Part shown: piece by piece, positions 35,747 to 45,076 of the stretch
Layout: every line of letters begins with the position of its first letter
Numbering within the stretch: position 1 is the first letter of the stretch
Source: Rhodocyclaceae bacterium
GTDB taxonomy: Bacteria; Pseudomonadota; Gammaproteobacteria; Burkholderiales; Rhodocyclaceae
Length of the DNA stretch: 64,000 nt
Assembly: GCA_036732025.1 (NCBI GenBank)
Contig: DAINDE010000009.1
Coordinates: forward strand, 10,941-74,940
Reading direction: 5' to 3'
The notes under the pieces: model-generated
Told to the model about the DNA's origin: nothing
Seen by the model: the letters and a program-made list of their open reading frames with translations, nothing else
Database searches by the model: none
Program-made: the position numbers and the translations under genes

Positions 35747-36655
35747 ATGGCCGGTAAAATGCCGGCCATGAACTGGAAAGCGATCAAGGAACGCCTCGAC
35801 CTCTACGAATGCCTGATGCGGCTGGACAAGCCCATCGGCATCCTGCTCCTCCTCTGGCCCACCCTGTGGGGCCTGTGGCTGTCCGCCCTGGGGCGGCCCG
35901 ACTGGGTGGTGGTGTGGATCTTCTGCCTGGGTACCGTGCTCATGCGCTCGGCGGGCTGCGTCATCAACGATTTCGCCGACCGGGATTTCGACCGCCACGT
36001 GGAGCGGACCAGGGAGCGCCCGCTCACCGCCGGCAAGGTCAGCGCCAAGGAGGCCCTCGTCCTCTTCGCCCTGCTTTCGCTGTCGGCCTTCGCCCTGGTG
36101 CTGCTCATGGGCAATTCGCTGGTCATCTGGCTGTCGGTGCCGGCCCTCTTTCTCGCCGCCAGCTACCCCTTCACCAAGCGCTTCTTCGCCATTCCCCAGG
36201 CCTACCTGGGCATCGCCTTCGGCTTCGGTATCCCCATGGCCTATGCCGCCCACCTCGGCGAGGTGCTGCCGGAAGCCTGGTGGCTGCTGCTGGCCAACGT
36301 CTTCTGGGCCATCGCCTACGATACCGAGTACGCAATGGTGGACCGGGAAGACGACCTCAAGATCGGCATCAAGACTTCGGCGTTGACCTTCGGCCGCTAC
36401 GACGTGGCCGCCGTCATGGCCTGCTACGCCGCGGCGCTGGCGCTCATTGCCTGGGTGGGCCACGGCCTCGACATGGGCTGGGCCTTCTACGCCGGCCTGG
36501 GTGTGGCGGCTGGCATCATGGGTTGGCACTACACCCTGATCCGGGGGCGCGAGCGCATGGCCTGCTTCCGGGCGTTTCTCAACAACAACTACGTCGGGGC
36601 GGCCATCTTCGGCGGTATCGTTCTCGATTTCCTGGTCTCGGGGAGGGCTTCCTGA
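35747..36655 (+). CDS. ubiA: 4-hydroxybenzoate polyprenyltransferase
   Basis: Tail of the 670-aa track [47 protein letters not shown] and [17 protein letters not shown] are the two Asp-rich UbiA motifs. In-frame ATGs occur at 35747, 35759 and 35768, so the start is uncertain. Confidence 0.9.
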   Translation: MAGKMPAMNWKAIKERLDLYECLMRLDKPIGILLLLWPTLWGLWLSALGRPDWVVVWIFCLGTVLMRSAGCVINDFADRDFDRHVERTRERPLTAGKVSAKEALVLFALLSLSAFALVLLMGNSLVIWLSVPALFLAASYPFTKRFFAIPQAYLGIAFGFGIPMAYAAHLGEVLPEAWWLLLANVFWAIAYDTEYAMVDREDDLKIGIKTSALTFGRYDVAAVMACYAAALALIAWVGHGLDMGWAFYAGLGVAAGIMGWHYTLIRGRERMACFRAFLNNNYVGAAIFGGIVLDFLVSGRAS

Positions 36656-37086
36656 TGCGTGGTTCAATCGTCGCCGGCTTGGTCATGCTGGCCGTTCCCC
36701 TGTCGCTCATGGCCGAGGATGCCCGGCAGCTGGCCAAGCTGCCCGACCCCGCCCGCGCTGCGCTGCGGGAGGAGATGGTGGGCAACCTCGTTGCCCTCAA
36801 CGAGGTGCTGGCCCTGCTGGCGGTCGGCCAGACCCGGGAAGCCGGCGAGGCGGCGGAAAGGAACCTGGGGGTCTCGGCCATGGGCCGGCATCGGGACAAG
36901 CCCTTCGAGGCCCGGCCGGGGCCCCACATGCCGCCGGCGATGCACGCCCTGGGCATGGAAGGGCACAAGGCCGCCAGCGAATTCGCCCGGCTGGCCCAGG
37001 CCGGCGACCGCGACGCGGCGCTGGCGGCGCTGCCTAAGCTGACAGGGGCCTGCGTGGCGTGCCACGCTTCCTGGCGGGTTCGCTGA
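36655..37086 (+). CDS. class II (cytochrome c-prime / four-helix-bundle type) c-type cytochrome, exported
   Basis: 143 aa. The ATG shares one nucleotide with the ubiA TGA (TGATG). Signal peptide, helical sequence and a single heme motif CVACH nine residues from the C-terminus, as in class II cytochromes c. Confidence 0.7.
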   Translation: MRGSIVAGLVMLAVPLSLMAEDARQLAKLPDPARAALREEMVGNLVALNEVLALLAVGQTREAGEAAERNLGVSAMGRHRDKPFEARPGPHMPPAMHALGMEGHKAASEFARLAQAGDRDAALAALPKLTGACVACHASWRVR

Positions 37087-38404
37087 GGGCCGGTTCCGGC
37101 CGGTGGCTCCGCCACCAGGCGATGAACGCATCGACGGCCATCGGGCGGGCGTAGAGGAAACCCTGGGCGCGGTCGCCGCCGAGGCGGGCAATGACCGCCG
37201 CGACCGCGGCGGTTTCGACACCTTCGGCGATGACGCTCATCTTCAGGCGGTGGGCAAGCTTGACGATGGCGGCGATGATTTCGCGATCCTTCTTCGACTC
37301 CCCGGCGTTGCTCACGAAGCTGCGGTCGATCTTGACCTCCTGTACCGGCAGGCGCTGCAGGTAGCTCATGCCGGCGTAGCCGGTGCCGAAATCGTCCAGG
37401 GAGAGGCGCAGCCCGGCGGTGCGCAAGCGTTCCAACACATCGACCACCTGCTGCGTTTCCTCCACCATGGCGGTTTCCGTTAACTCCAGCAACAGGCGCT
37501 CCGGGGGGATTTCCCAGGTGGCGAGGCTCTGGCTGACGAGATCGGGCAGTTCGGTGTCGAGCAGGTCGCTGGCCGAGAGATTGACGGACAAGGTGATGGC
37601 GACGCCGGCCTCATCGAGGCGGGTCAGCAGTTGCATGGCCTGCTGCAGCAGCCAGCGGGTGAAGGCGGAGCGCAGGCCGAGGCGTTCGACGATGGCCAGG
37701 GTGCGTTGGGGCGGCACCCATTCGCCGTTGTCCCGCTGCCAGCGCAGCAGCGCCTCGCACCCCACGCAGGTGCCATCGGCCAGGCCCACCTGGGGTTGCA
37801 GGTGCAGGCCAAGCCCGCGGCCGCTGCCCAGGGCCAGGGCCAGTTCCGCGTGCAGGGCTTGCTGGCCGGCGTCGTTGTGTTCCATGCCGGGGTCGTAGAG
37901 GGCCTGGCCCGCGCCGTCGCGGCTGGCCGCCAGGCGGGCGATGCGGGCGGACTGGACGAGGTGCAGGGCATCTTCGCCGTGGTCCGGCCACAGGGCGCCA
38001 CCGCAGGATACCTGCAGGGCCACGGGGCCGGCGGGGGTGGAAACCGGGTCGGCGAAGAGGTGGGCCAGCTTGAGCATGGCCAGGGGCAGAGGGGCGCTGC
38101 TCGGCAGGTCAGGCAGGACTGCCAGCCATTCCCAGTGGCTGATGGTGTAGAGCCGGTCCTTCTCCTTGAGCAATTCGGCGATCCGGCGGCTGACGTCGGC
38201 GCGCAGGGCCTGGGCCGTCTCCGGCGTCAGACGGTAGAGGGCGGCATCGGGAAGGATGGCGAAGGCGATGACGCCCAGGGCGCGGTCGGCTTCCTGCCGG
38301 CGGGCCAGGTGGGGTATCTCCACCAGGGCCGAGGCGTAGCGGGGCAGGCCGGTGACATGGTCGGTCAGGTCGCTGTGCAGTTGGGCGAACGCGCTGATGG
38401 CCAT
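37034..38404 (-). CDS. degenerate-GGDEF / EAL-domain c-di-GMP phosphodiesterase
   Basis: 456 aa. The GGDEF position reads SCGGA (degenerate). The EAL domain looks intact: CEALLRW, SVNLSA, ELTE, DDFGTGYAG, KIDRSF, EGVET, QGF. The 3' end overlaps the convergent cytochrome gene by 53 nt. Confidence 0.85.
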   Translation of the reverse strand: MAISAFAQLHSDLTDHVTGLPRYASALVEIPHLARRQEADRALGVIAFAILPDAALYRLTPETAQALRADVSRRIAELLKEKDRLYTISHWEWLAVLPDLPSSAPLPLAMLKLAHLFADPVSTPAGPVALQVSCGGALWPDHGEDALHLVQSARIARLAASRDGAGQALYDPGMEHNDAGQQALHAELALALGSGRGLGLHLQPQVGLADGTCVGCEALLRWQRDNGEWVPPQRTLAIVERLGLRSAFTRWLLQQAMQLLTRLDEAGVAITLSVNLSASDLLDTELPDLVSQSLATWEIPPERLLLELTETAMVEETQQVVDVLERLRTAGLRLSLDDFGTGYAGMSYLQRLPVQEVKIDRSFVSNAGESKKDREIIAAIVKLAHRLKMSVIAEGVETAAVAAVIARLGGDRAQGFLYARPMAVDAFIAWWRSHRPEPALSEPARKRGTPRRPLSA

Positions 38405-38405
38405 G

Positions 38406-39719
38406 TCAATCCAGGTAGAAGTCGGCGGGGTTGATGCCGTAGGCGTTGTTGGGCAGCGAATGGACGATGCGGTAGGCCTCGCCGGTGCCGAAGGTGGGCT
38501 CCATGAGCAGGTCGAGGGTGCGTGGCCGCCGCTCGATGGACTTGTCCGGGCCGAGGACGACCAGGACCCGCGGCTTCAGGCGCCGGATCTGGTTCTGCTG
38601 GATGACCACCGCCACCTCGCCGCTGTTGAGTTCCACCAGGGTGCCGATGGGGTAGAGGCCGATGCACTGGACGAACTGGTCCACCACCGGTTCGCGGAAC
38701 TTGCTGCCGCGCATGCGGATGAGATCCTCCAGGGCCTTCTGGCTGGAGATGGCGGGCTGGTAGGAACGTTGCCGGGTCATGGCGCAGTAGCTGTCGATGA
38801 GGCCGGCCAGTTCGGACAGCAGACCGAGTTTTTCGCCCTTGAGGCGGCGGGGGTAGCCGCTGCCGTCGGCGCGCTCGTGGTGGCTGGCGACGATGTCCAG
38901 GGCCTCCACCGAAAACCCCGGCTGGCCGACCAGGATTTCCAGGGAACTGGCGACGTGGGACTGCACCAGGGCGTATTCTGCGTCGGTCAGCTCCCCGGGT
39001 TTGGCGAGGATGTCGCTGGGGATGTCCACCTTGCCCACGTCCTGCATCAGGCCGGCCAGCCCCAGGAGTTCGACCGACGTGGCCGGCAGGCCCAGGAAGC
39101 GGCCGAGGACCATGAGGTGCACGGAGACGTCGACGGCGTGGTCGTAGGAATACTGGTCGGCGCTTTTCAGGCGGGCCAGCCAGAGCATGGCGTCCGGGTT
39201 GCGCTCGACGGCCCGGGCCATTTCGCCGACCAGGCCGCCGACCTGCTTGATGTTGGCGCTGACGTCGGTGCCCAGGGACTCGCGGATGCTCTTGAGCGTC
39301 TTCTTGACGTCTTCGACGATGGGGGCGGAGTAGAGCAGTTCCGGTTCCAGCCGGCTCTGGTTGTCGAAGCCGCGGATGGTGGGAAACTGGGCGTAGCGCC
39401 GGCTCTGCGGCTCGACGCGGAGCATGCGGCAGATGGCGGCGAAATCGTCGGCGGCGGCGTCGTCCGCCTGCTGGAAAACGGGGGCGGGCAGGCCCCGCAG
39501 GGGCGCGTCCTTTTCCCGGGGGCGACCGGCATAGTGGGCGCCGACGGAGTGGCTGCGGTCGATGGTGACGGTCCGGCACAGGCGCTGCAGCGCGGCGATC
39601 TGCTCATCGTCCTCGACCAGGAAGCCCTGCAGGGGGAAAGGTGTCTCCAGCCACGGGCGATCCAGTTCCACCACGAACATGCCGCGCCGAATTTCGCTCG
39701 TGGGGATGACGGACTTCAC
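38406..39719 (-). CDS. HD-GYP domain c-di-GMP phosphodiesterase with DUF3391-like N-terminal domain
   Basis: 437 aa. N-terminus MKSVIPTSEIRRGMFVVELDRPWLETPFP. The HD domain has YDHAVDVSVH and HHERADGSGYP. The stop lies 1 nt before the downstream EAL gene start. Confidence 0.88.
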   Translation of the reverse strand: MKSVIPTSEIRRGMFVVELDRPWLETPFPLQGFLVEDDEQIAALQRLCRTVTIDRSHSVGAHYAGRPREKDAPLRGLPAPVFQQADDAAADDFAAICRMLRVEPQSRRYAQFPTIRGFDNQSRLEPELLYSAPIVEDVKKTLKSIRESLGTDVSANIKQVGGLVGEMARAVERNPDAMLWLARLKSADQYSYDHAVDVSVHLMVLGRFLGLPATSVELLGLAGLMQDVGKVDIPSDILAKPGELTDAEYALVQSHVASSLEILVGQPGFSVEALDIVASHHERADGSGYPRRLKGEKLGLLSELAGLIDSYCAMTRQRSYQPAISSQKALEDLIRMRGSKFREPVVDQFVQCIGLYPIGTLVELNSGEVAVVIQQNQIRRLKPRVLVVLGPDKSIERRPRTLDLLMEPTFGTGEAYRIVHSLPNNAYGINPADFYLD

Positions 39720-39852
39720 CTGGCGTTTCCTTGTAGTGGATCAGATGCAATTGTAATGGCGACGGGGCGACCCTCCTGCGGCAATATTACCGGGTTTGCT
39801 TTTCCTGCGGCTTTTGGGCATCGTTGCCCCGTTTCCTTAGTATAGCCGGGCC

Positions 39853-41322
39853 ATGAAATACCACGATTTGCGCGACTTCCTGTCGCAACTGGAGCAGCGC
39901 GGCCAATTGAAGCGGGTCGGCGCCGAGGTGGATACCTATCTCGAAATGACCGAGATCTGCGACCGTGTCCTGCGCGCCGCCGGGCCGGCCATCCTCTTCG
40001 AGAATCCCAGGGGCCACGCCATGCCGGTGCTGGCCAACCTCTTCGGCACCCCGGAGCGGGTGGCCCTGGGCATGGGCGAAGAGGGCGACTGGCGGCAGGC
40101 CCTGCGCGAGGTGGGCAAGCTGCTCGCGTACCTCAAGGAGCCGGAGCCGCCCAAGGGCCTGAAGGACGCCTGGGACAAGCTGCCCATCCTCAAGCAGGTG
40201 CTCAACATGGCGCCGAAAAAGGTGTCCTCGGCCCCCTGCCAGGAGATCGTCTGGGAAGGCAAGGACGTCGATCTCTCCCGCCTGCCCATCCAGCACTGCT
40301 GGCCCGGCGACGTGGCGCCGCTGATCACCTGGGGCCTGGTGGTCACCCGCGGTCCCCACAAGAACCGCCAGAACCTGGGCATCTACCGCCAGCAGGTGCT
40401 GGGACCGAACAAGGTGATCATGCGCTGGCTGGCCCACCGCGGCGGGGCCCTGGATTTTCGCGACCATCAGCTGGCCAGGCCCGGGGAGCCCTTCCCGGTG
40501 GCGGTGGTGCTCGGCTGCGACCCAGCCACCATCCTCGGCGCCGTGACGCCGGTGCCCGACACCCTCTCCGAATACCAGTTCGCCGGGCTGCTCCGCGGCG
40601 GCAAGACGGAACTCACCCAGTGCCTGGGTTCCGAACTGCAGGTGCCGGCCTCCGCCGAGATCGTGCTGGAAGGCGCCATCCATCCCGGCGAGACGGCCCT
40701 CGAAGGCCCCTACGGCGACCACACCGGCTACTACAACGAGCAGGCGGAGTTCCCGGTGTTCACCATCGAGCGCATCACCATGCGCAGGAATCCCATCTAC
40801 CACAGCACCTACACCGGCAAACCGCCCGACGAGCCGGCCATCCTCGGGGTCGCCCTGAACGAGGTGTTTGTGCCGCTGTTGCAGAAGCAGTACCCGGAAA
40901 TCGTCGATTTCTACCTGCCGCCGGAGGGCTGTTCCTACCGCATGGCCATCGTGTCCATCAAGAAGCAGTACCCCGGCCACGCCAAGCGCATCATGTTCGG
41001 CATCTGGTCCTTCCTGCGCCAGTTCATGTACACCAAGACCATCATCGTGGTGGACGACGACGTGAACATCCGCGACTGGAAGGAGGTGGTCTGGGCCATC
41101 ACCACCCGCATGGACGCCAGCCGCGACACCACCCTCGTCGACAACACCCCCATCGACTACCTCGACTTTGCCAGCCCGGTGGCCGGTCTTGGCTCCAAGA
41201 TGGGGCTCGACGCCACCAACAAGTGGCCCGGCGAGACCAGCCGCGAATGGGGGCGGCCCATCGTCATGGACGACGCGGTGAAGCGGCGGGTGGACGGCAT
41301 GTGGGCGGAGCTGGGGCTGTGA
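39853..41322 (+). CDS. ubiD: 4-hydroxy-3-polyprenylbenzoate decarboxylase
   Basis: 489 aa. [22 protein letters not shown]...[12 protein letters not shown]..., full-length UbiD pattern. Confidence 0.95.
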   Translation: MKYHDLRDFLSQLEQRGQLKRVGAEVDTYLEMTEICDRVLRAAGPAILFENPRGHAMPVLANLFGTPERVALGMGEEGDWRQALREVGKLLAYLKEPEPPKGLKDAWDKLPILKQVLNMAPKKVSSAPCQEIVWEGKDVDLSRLPIQHCWPGDVAPLITWGLVVTRGPHKNRQNLGIYRQQVLGPNKVIMRWLAHRGGALDFRDHQLARPGEPFPVAVVLGCDPATILGAVTPVPDTLSEYQFAGLLRGGKTELTQCLGSELQVPASAEIVLEGAIHPGETALEGPYGDHTGYYNEQAEFPVFTIERITMRRNPIYHSTYTGKPPDEPAILGVALNEVFVPLLQKQYPEIVDFYLPPEGCSYRMAIVSIKKQYPGHAKRIMFGIWSFLRQFMYTKTIIVVDDDVNIRDWKEVVWAITTRMDASRDTTLVDNTPIDYLDFASPVAGLGSKMGLDATNKWPGETSREWGRPIVMDDAVKRRVDGMWAELGL

Positions 41323-41810
41323 TGGCCCGGGCCGTCGCCGTGACGGCGGTGGATCTGGGCGATCCGGGCCAGGCGGCCGCCTTCATCGACCTCCTCGACC
41401 ACTACGCCCGCGACCCCATGGGCGGCGGCAGCGGCCTCTCCCCCCATGCCCGCCAGCACCTCGTCGCCGAGCTGCGCCGCCTGCCCCATTTTCATGGCGC
41501 CCTGGCCTGGCTGGGGGGGCGGGCCGTCGGCCTCGTCAATTGCTTCGCCGGCTTTTCCACCTTCGCCGCCCGGCCGCTCCTCAACATCCACGACATCGTC
41601 GTCCATGGCGACGTGCGCGGCACCGGCATCGGCCAGGCCCTGCTGGCCTGGGCCGAGGGACGGGCGCGGGAACTGGGGTGCTGCAAGCTGACCCTGGAGG
41701 TCCTGGCCAACAACCGGAGGGCCCTGCTCGCCTACGAGCGGGCCGGCTTCGCCCCCTACGTGCTGGACCCCGCCGCCGGTCAGGCCCTCTTCCTGCAAAA
41801 GCTCCTCTGA
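41322..41810 (+). CDS. GNAT family N-acetyltransferase
   Basis: 162 aa. The ATG shares one nucleotide with the ubiD stop. The acetyl-CoA loop is VHGDVRGTGIGQALLAWAE. Only the tail of the 396-aa track ORF is real. Confidence 0.8.
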   Translation: MARAVAVTAVDLGDPGQAAAFIDLLDHYARDPMGGGSGLSPHARQHLVAELRRLPHFHGALAWLGGRAVGLVNCFAGFSTFAARPLLNIHDIVVHGDVRGTGIGQALLAWAEGRARELGCCKLTLEVLANNRRALLAYERAGFAPYVLDPAAGQALFLQKLL

Positions 41811-42514
41811 TGCGCCTGCCGCCCCTGACCGAAGGCCGCCTGGTGGTGCGCCGCAACCGCTTCGTCGCCGAGGTGGATATCGGCGGCACCGTGGTCGACG
41901 CCCACTGCCCCAACACCGGCTCCATGCTCGGCTGCAAGGCGCCGGGCAGCCGGGTCTGGCTGTCGCCGGCGGAGAATCCCGAGCGCAAGCTCGCCTGGAC
42001 CTGGGAGATCGTCGAGGCGCTGCCCGGCGTGCTGGTGGGGCTCCATACCGGCCGGCCCAACGGCCTGGTGGAAGAGGCCCTGCGGGCCGGCCGGGTGCCG
42101 GAACTGGCGGGCTACACGGGCTACCGCCGCGAGGTCCGCTACGGGCGGGAAAACAGCCGCATCGACCTGCTCCTGGAAGGCGACGGCCTGCCGCCCTGCT
42201 ACGTCGAGGTGAAGAACGTCACGGCGGCGGTGGAAGGCGGCAGCGGCTTCTTTCCCGATGCCGTCACCGAGCGCGGCGCCAAGCACCTGCGGGAAATGAT
42301 GGCGGTGGTGCGGGACGGCGCCCGGGCGGCGCTGGTCTTCTGCGTGCAGCGGGGCGACGTGGCCGAGGTGCGTCCGGCCGACCACATCGATCCGGTCTAC
42401 GGCCGCACCCTGCGTGCGGCCCTGGCCGCCGGGGTCGAGGCGTACGCCCTGGGGGCCGTGGTCAGGCCGGAGGAAATCGTCCTCGACCGCCGCCTGCCGG
42501 TGGTCACTGGATGA
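41810..42514 (+). CDS. sfsA: sugar fermentation stimulation protein A (SfsA family nuclease-like)
   Basis: 234 aa. RRNRFVAEVDIGGTVVDAHCPNTGSM...SRIDLLL...YVEVKNVT...FPDAVTERGAKHL matches SfsA. The ATG shares one nucleotide with the upstream stop. Confidence 0.9.
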   Translation: MRLPPLTEGRLVVRRNRFVAEVDIGGTVVDAHCPNTGSMLGCKAPGSRVWLSPAENPERKLAWTWEIVEALPGVLVGLHTGRPNGLVEEALRAGRVPELAGYTGYRREVRYGRENSRIDLLLEGDGLPPCYVEVKNVTAAVEGGSGFFPDAVTERGAKHLREMMAVVRDGARAALVFCVQRGDVAEVRPADHIDPVYGRTLRAALAAGVEAYALGAVVRPEEIVLDRRLPVVTG

Positions 42515-43496
42515 CCCCCAGGCGGCCGTTGTGGCTGCCCATGTACCAGTAGCGGCCGGCGGCATCGATGATCGCCTTGCGGATGCCCACCTGGCGTGAC
42601 GGCAGGGGGATCACCCGGAAGCGCTCCGCGGCCGGGTCGAAAACGGCCACCGTGTCGGTGGCGATCTCGTTGGCCCAGACCCGCCCGGCGCCATCCACCG
42701 TCACCGCGTAGGGCCCGCCGTCGGCCCCCGCCGGCATGGGGTAGGCGGCCACGATCCGGGCGGCAGCTGGGTCAATCTTGAGCAGCCGCCCGTCGCCGTA
42801 AGCGGTGACCCACAGTGTGCCGTCGGGGCCGAGGGCCATCCGCCGCGGCCGGCTGCCCTTGCCCGTCGGCACCTCCGTGATGACGCCGGTGGCCGGGTCC
42901 AGGCGGCCCAGGCCGTCGCCCTGGAAGCGGCAGAACCACACCATGCCCTGGCGGTCGACGGCGATGCCGTAAGGATTGCCCGAGGTGCGGTACTCGACGA
43001 TGCGGCCGCTGCGGCGGTCCAGGCGGCCGATGCGCTGGCCGCCCTGGACGGTGAACCAGATCGTCCCGCCGGCGTCGAGCACCAGGGTATGGGGATCGCC
43101 GCCGGAAGGCGCGCGGTATTCGGTGACCCTGCCGGTGGCCGGATCGAGGCGGCCGATGGTGCCGTTGCCGTTGCCGGTGTACCAGACGATGCCCTCGGGA
43201 TCGACCAGCAGGCCGTGGGGGCGGGCGCCCCGGGGCAGCTCCCACTCGCGGAAGGTCTCGCTGGCGGGGTCGAAACGGGCGATGCGGTTGCCGGCCATGA
43301 CAGCGATGAAGATGCTGCCGTCGGGCGCCGGGGCCGGATCGCGGGCGAATTCCGGGGTCGGCACCGGCCATTCGCGGATCTGGCCGGCGATCTGCGGCAA
43401 GGCGCCGGGAACGACGCCGTAGTTGGAGCCGCCGGCTGCCGCGGCGGCGGCCGCCAGCGCCAGGGCAAGGGCGAACCAGGGGCGAAGGGACGGCAT
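42504..43496 (-). CDS. secreted beta-propeller protein, Vgb (virginiamycin B lyase)-like repeat family
   Basis: 330 aa, the last third of the 1400-aa track ORF. GGAGGT RBS and signal peptide MPSLRPWFALALALAAAAAAAG. Repeated units of the type GPHGLxVDxxGxxWFT...GxIGRLDPxTG. Confidence 0.75.
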   Translation of the reverse strand: MPSLRPWFALALALAAAAAAAGGSNYGVVPGALPQIAGQIREWPVPTPEFARDPAPAPDGSIFIAVMAGNRIARFDPASETFREWELPRGARPHGLLVDPEGIVWYTGNGNGTIGRLDPATGRVTEYRAPSGGDPHTLVLDAGGTIWFTVQGGQRIGRLDRRSGRIVEYRTSGNPYGIAVDRQGMVWFCRFQGDGLGRLDPATGVITEVPTGKGSRPRRMALGPDGTLWVTAYGDGRLLKIDPAAARIVAAYPMPAGADGGPYAVTVDGAGRVWANEIATDTVAVFDPAAERFRVIPLPSRQVGIRKAIIDAAGRYWYMGSHNGRLGVIQ

Positions 43497-43585
43497 GGCG
43501 ACCTCCGGGAGGCGACGGTCATCCCCTCTGGACCGATGCGTCGGCGATTGGTTCTCGGCCGCCCCGGCCTGGCGGAGCGTCCGCG

Positions 43586-45016
43586 TCAATCCCCTTCCAG
43601 CAGGGGCAGACCTTCCCCGCTCTGGCGCTGGGCCACCCACAGGAGCAGGGCGTCGATGGCCGGGCCGCCGGCCTGGGCCTTGGGGTGGTTGATGAGAAAG
43701 GTGACGGCGTAGCGCCGGCCCTGGCTGTCGAGGGCGTAGCCGGCGGCGGTCTTGACCCCGTCCAGGGTGCCGGTCTTGATGTGGGCGCGGCCGCTGGCGG
43801 TGCTTTCCTTGAGCCGCTTCTTCATGGTGCCGTCGATGCCGACGATGGGCAGGGAGGACGCCAGCTCCGGCATCACCGGGCTCTTCCAGGCGTCCAGCAG
43901 GAGGCGGTTGAGGCTGCCGGCGCTGATGCGCTCCTGGCGGGAAAGGCCGGAGCCGTTCTCCAGCACGAGCTCCGGGAATTTGAGGCCACGCCCGGCCAGC
44001 CAGTCGATGACGCGCTGGCGGGCCCGCTCGGGGGTGGACGGCACCCCGTCGTTGCCCAGCGTCAGGAAGAGCTGGCGGGCCATGACGTTGTTGGAAAACT
44101 TGTTGATGTCGCGTACCACGTCGGCCAGGGGTGGCGATTCCTGCACGGCCACGGGGCGGGCGTTCGCCGGTACGGTGCCGGCCCGCACCCGGCCGCCGAG
44201 ACTGCCGCCCAGTTCCTTCCACAGGGCCAGGAAAAGGCCCTCCACCTGGGCTTCCGCCGCCAGGGGCGACAGGTTGAGACTCTTTTCGCCGCACTGGGCG
44301 CTGAAACTGCCGGCGAACTCCAGGCGCTGGCCGCCGTTGTGGGGCAACAGACGGACGCTCACGGCGTCCTTCCAGTCGCTGCCGCAGGCGCCGGCGGACA
44401 ATTGCAGCCGGTTGTCCACCGCCAGGCCCTCGCTGGGGGTCTCCTGCAGGACGCGCACCTTGCCGCCTTCGGCCAGCAGCGTGAAGCGGAGCGCCCGGAA
44501 ATTGACCAGCAGTCCATCCGGGCCGACGTTGTAGGGGCGCATGGGCTTGTCGTCGAAGGCGCCCGGGTCGATGGCGGGCACGGCGAAGGCGCTGCGGTCG
44601 AGCACCACGTCGCCGACGATGTGCTCGATGCCCCGCACCCGCAACTGGCGCAGCAGCACCCAGAAGTGCTCGAGGGCGAACTTGGGGTCGCCGCTGCCCT
44701 TGAGGTAGAGGTTGCCGCCCAGCTTGCCGTCCACCGGCTCGGCCTCGGCGTAGGCGGCGGTTTTCCAGGTCCAGGCGGGGCCCAGCAGGTCGAGGCCGGC
44801 GTAGGTGGTGACCAGTTTCATCACCGAGGCCGGGTTCATGGCCTGGCGGGCGTTGTGGGAAACCAGGGCGAAGCGCGAATCCACCGGCTGCACGACCACG
44901 GCGACGCTGGCGGCCGGGATCTGGGCCGCCTTGAGGGCCTGGGCGACGGGGGGCGGCAGGGGCTCGGCGCAGGCCAGGCCGGCGGCCAGGCAGACGAGGG
45001 GCAGGAAGCGTTTCAT
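43586..45016 (-). CDS. dacB: D-alanyl-D-alanine carboxypeptidase/endopeptidase (PBP4, peptidase S13)
   Basis: 476 aa. Signal peptide, active-site PASVMKL (SxxK), SNN-type motif FSNNVMARQL and KTG motif HIKTGTL. Confidence 0.9.
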   Translation of the reverse strand: MKRFLPLVCLAAGLACAEPLPPPVAQALKAAQIPAASVAVVVQPVDSRFALVSHNARQAMNPASVMKLVTTYAGLDLLGPAWTWKTAAYAEAEPVDGKLGGNLYLKGSGDPKFALEHFWVLLRQLRVRGIEHIVGDVVLDRSAFAVPAIDPGAFDDKPMRPYNVGPDGLLVNFRALRFTLLAEGGKVRVLQETPSEGLAVDNRLQLSAGACGSDWKDAVSVRLLPHNGGQRLEFAGSFSAQCGEKSLNLSPLAAEAQVEGLFLALWKELGGSLGGRVRAGTVPANARPVAVQESPPLADVVRDINKFSNNVMARQLFLTLGNDGVPSTPERARQRVIDWLAGRGLKFPELVLENGSGLSRQERISAGSLNRLLLDAWKSPVMPELASSLPIVGIDGTMKKRLKESTASGRAHIKTGTLDGVKTAAGYALDSQGRRYAVTFLINHPKAQAGGPAIDALLLWVAQRQSGEGLPLLEGD

Positions 45017-45076
45017 GGCCGAGATGATACCCGAGGGGCCGGCCCGGCAGGCCCGCCGCGGCGGGCCTGCGGCGCA

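Noticed and set aside
42504-43496. Vgb-like propeller as a streptogramin resistance determinant.
   Set aside because: Family resemblance only. The protein carries a signal peptide, whereas Vgb is cytoplasmic, and it sits among housekeeping genes, so a resistance call is unsupported.
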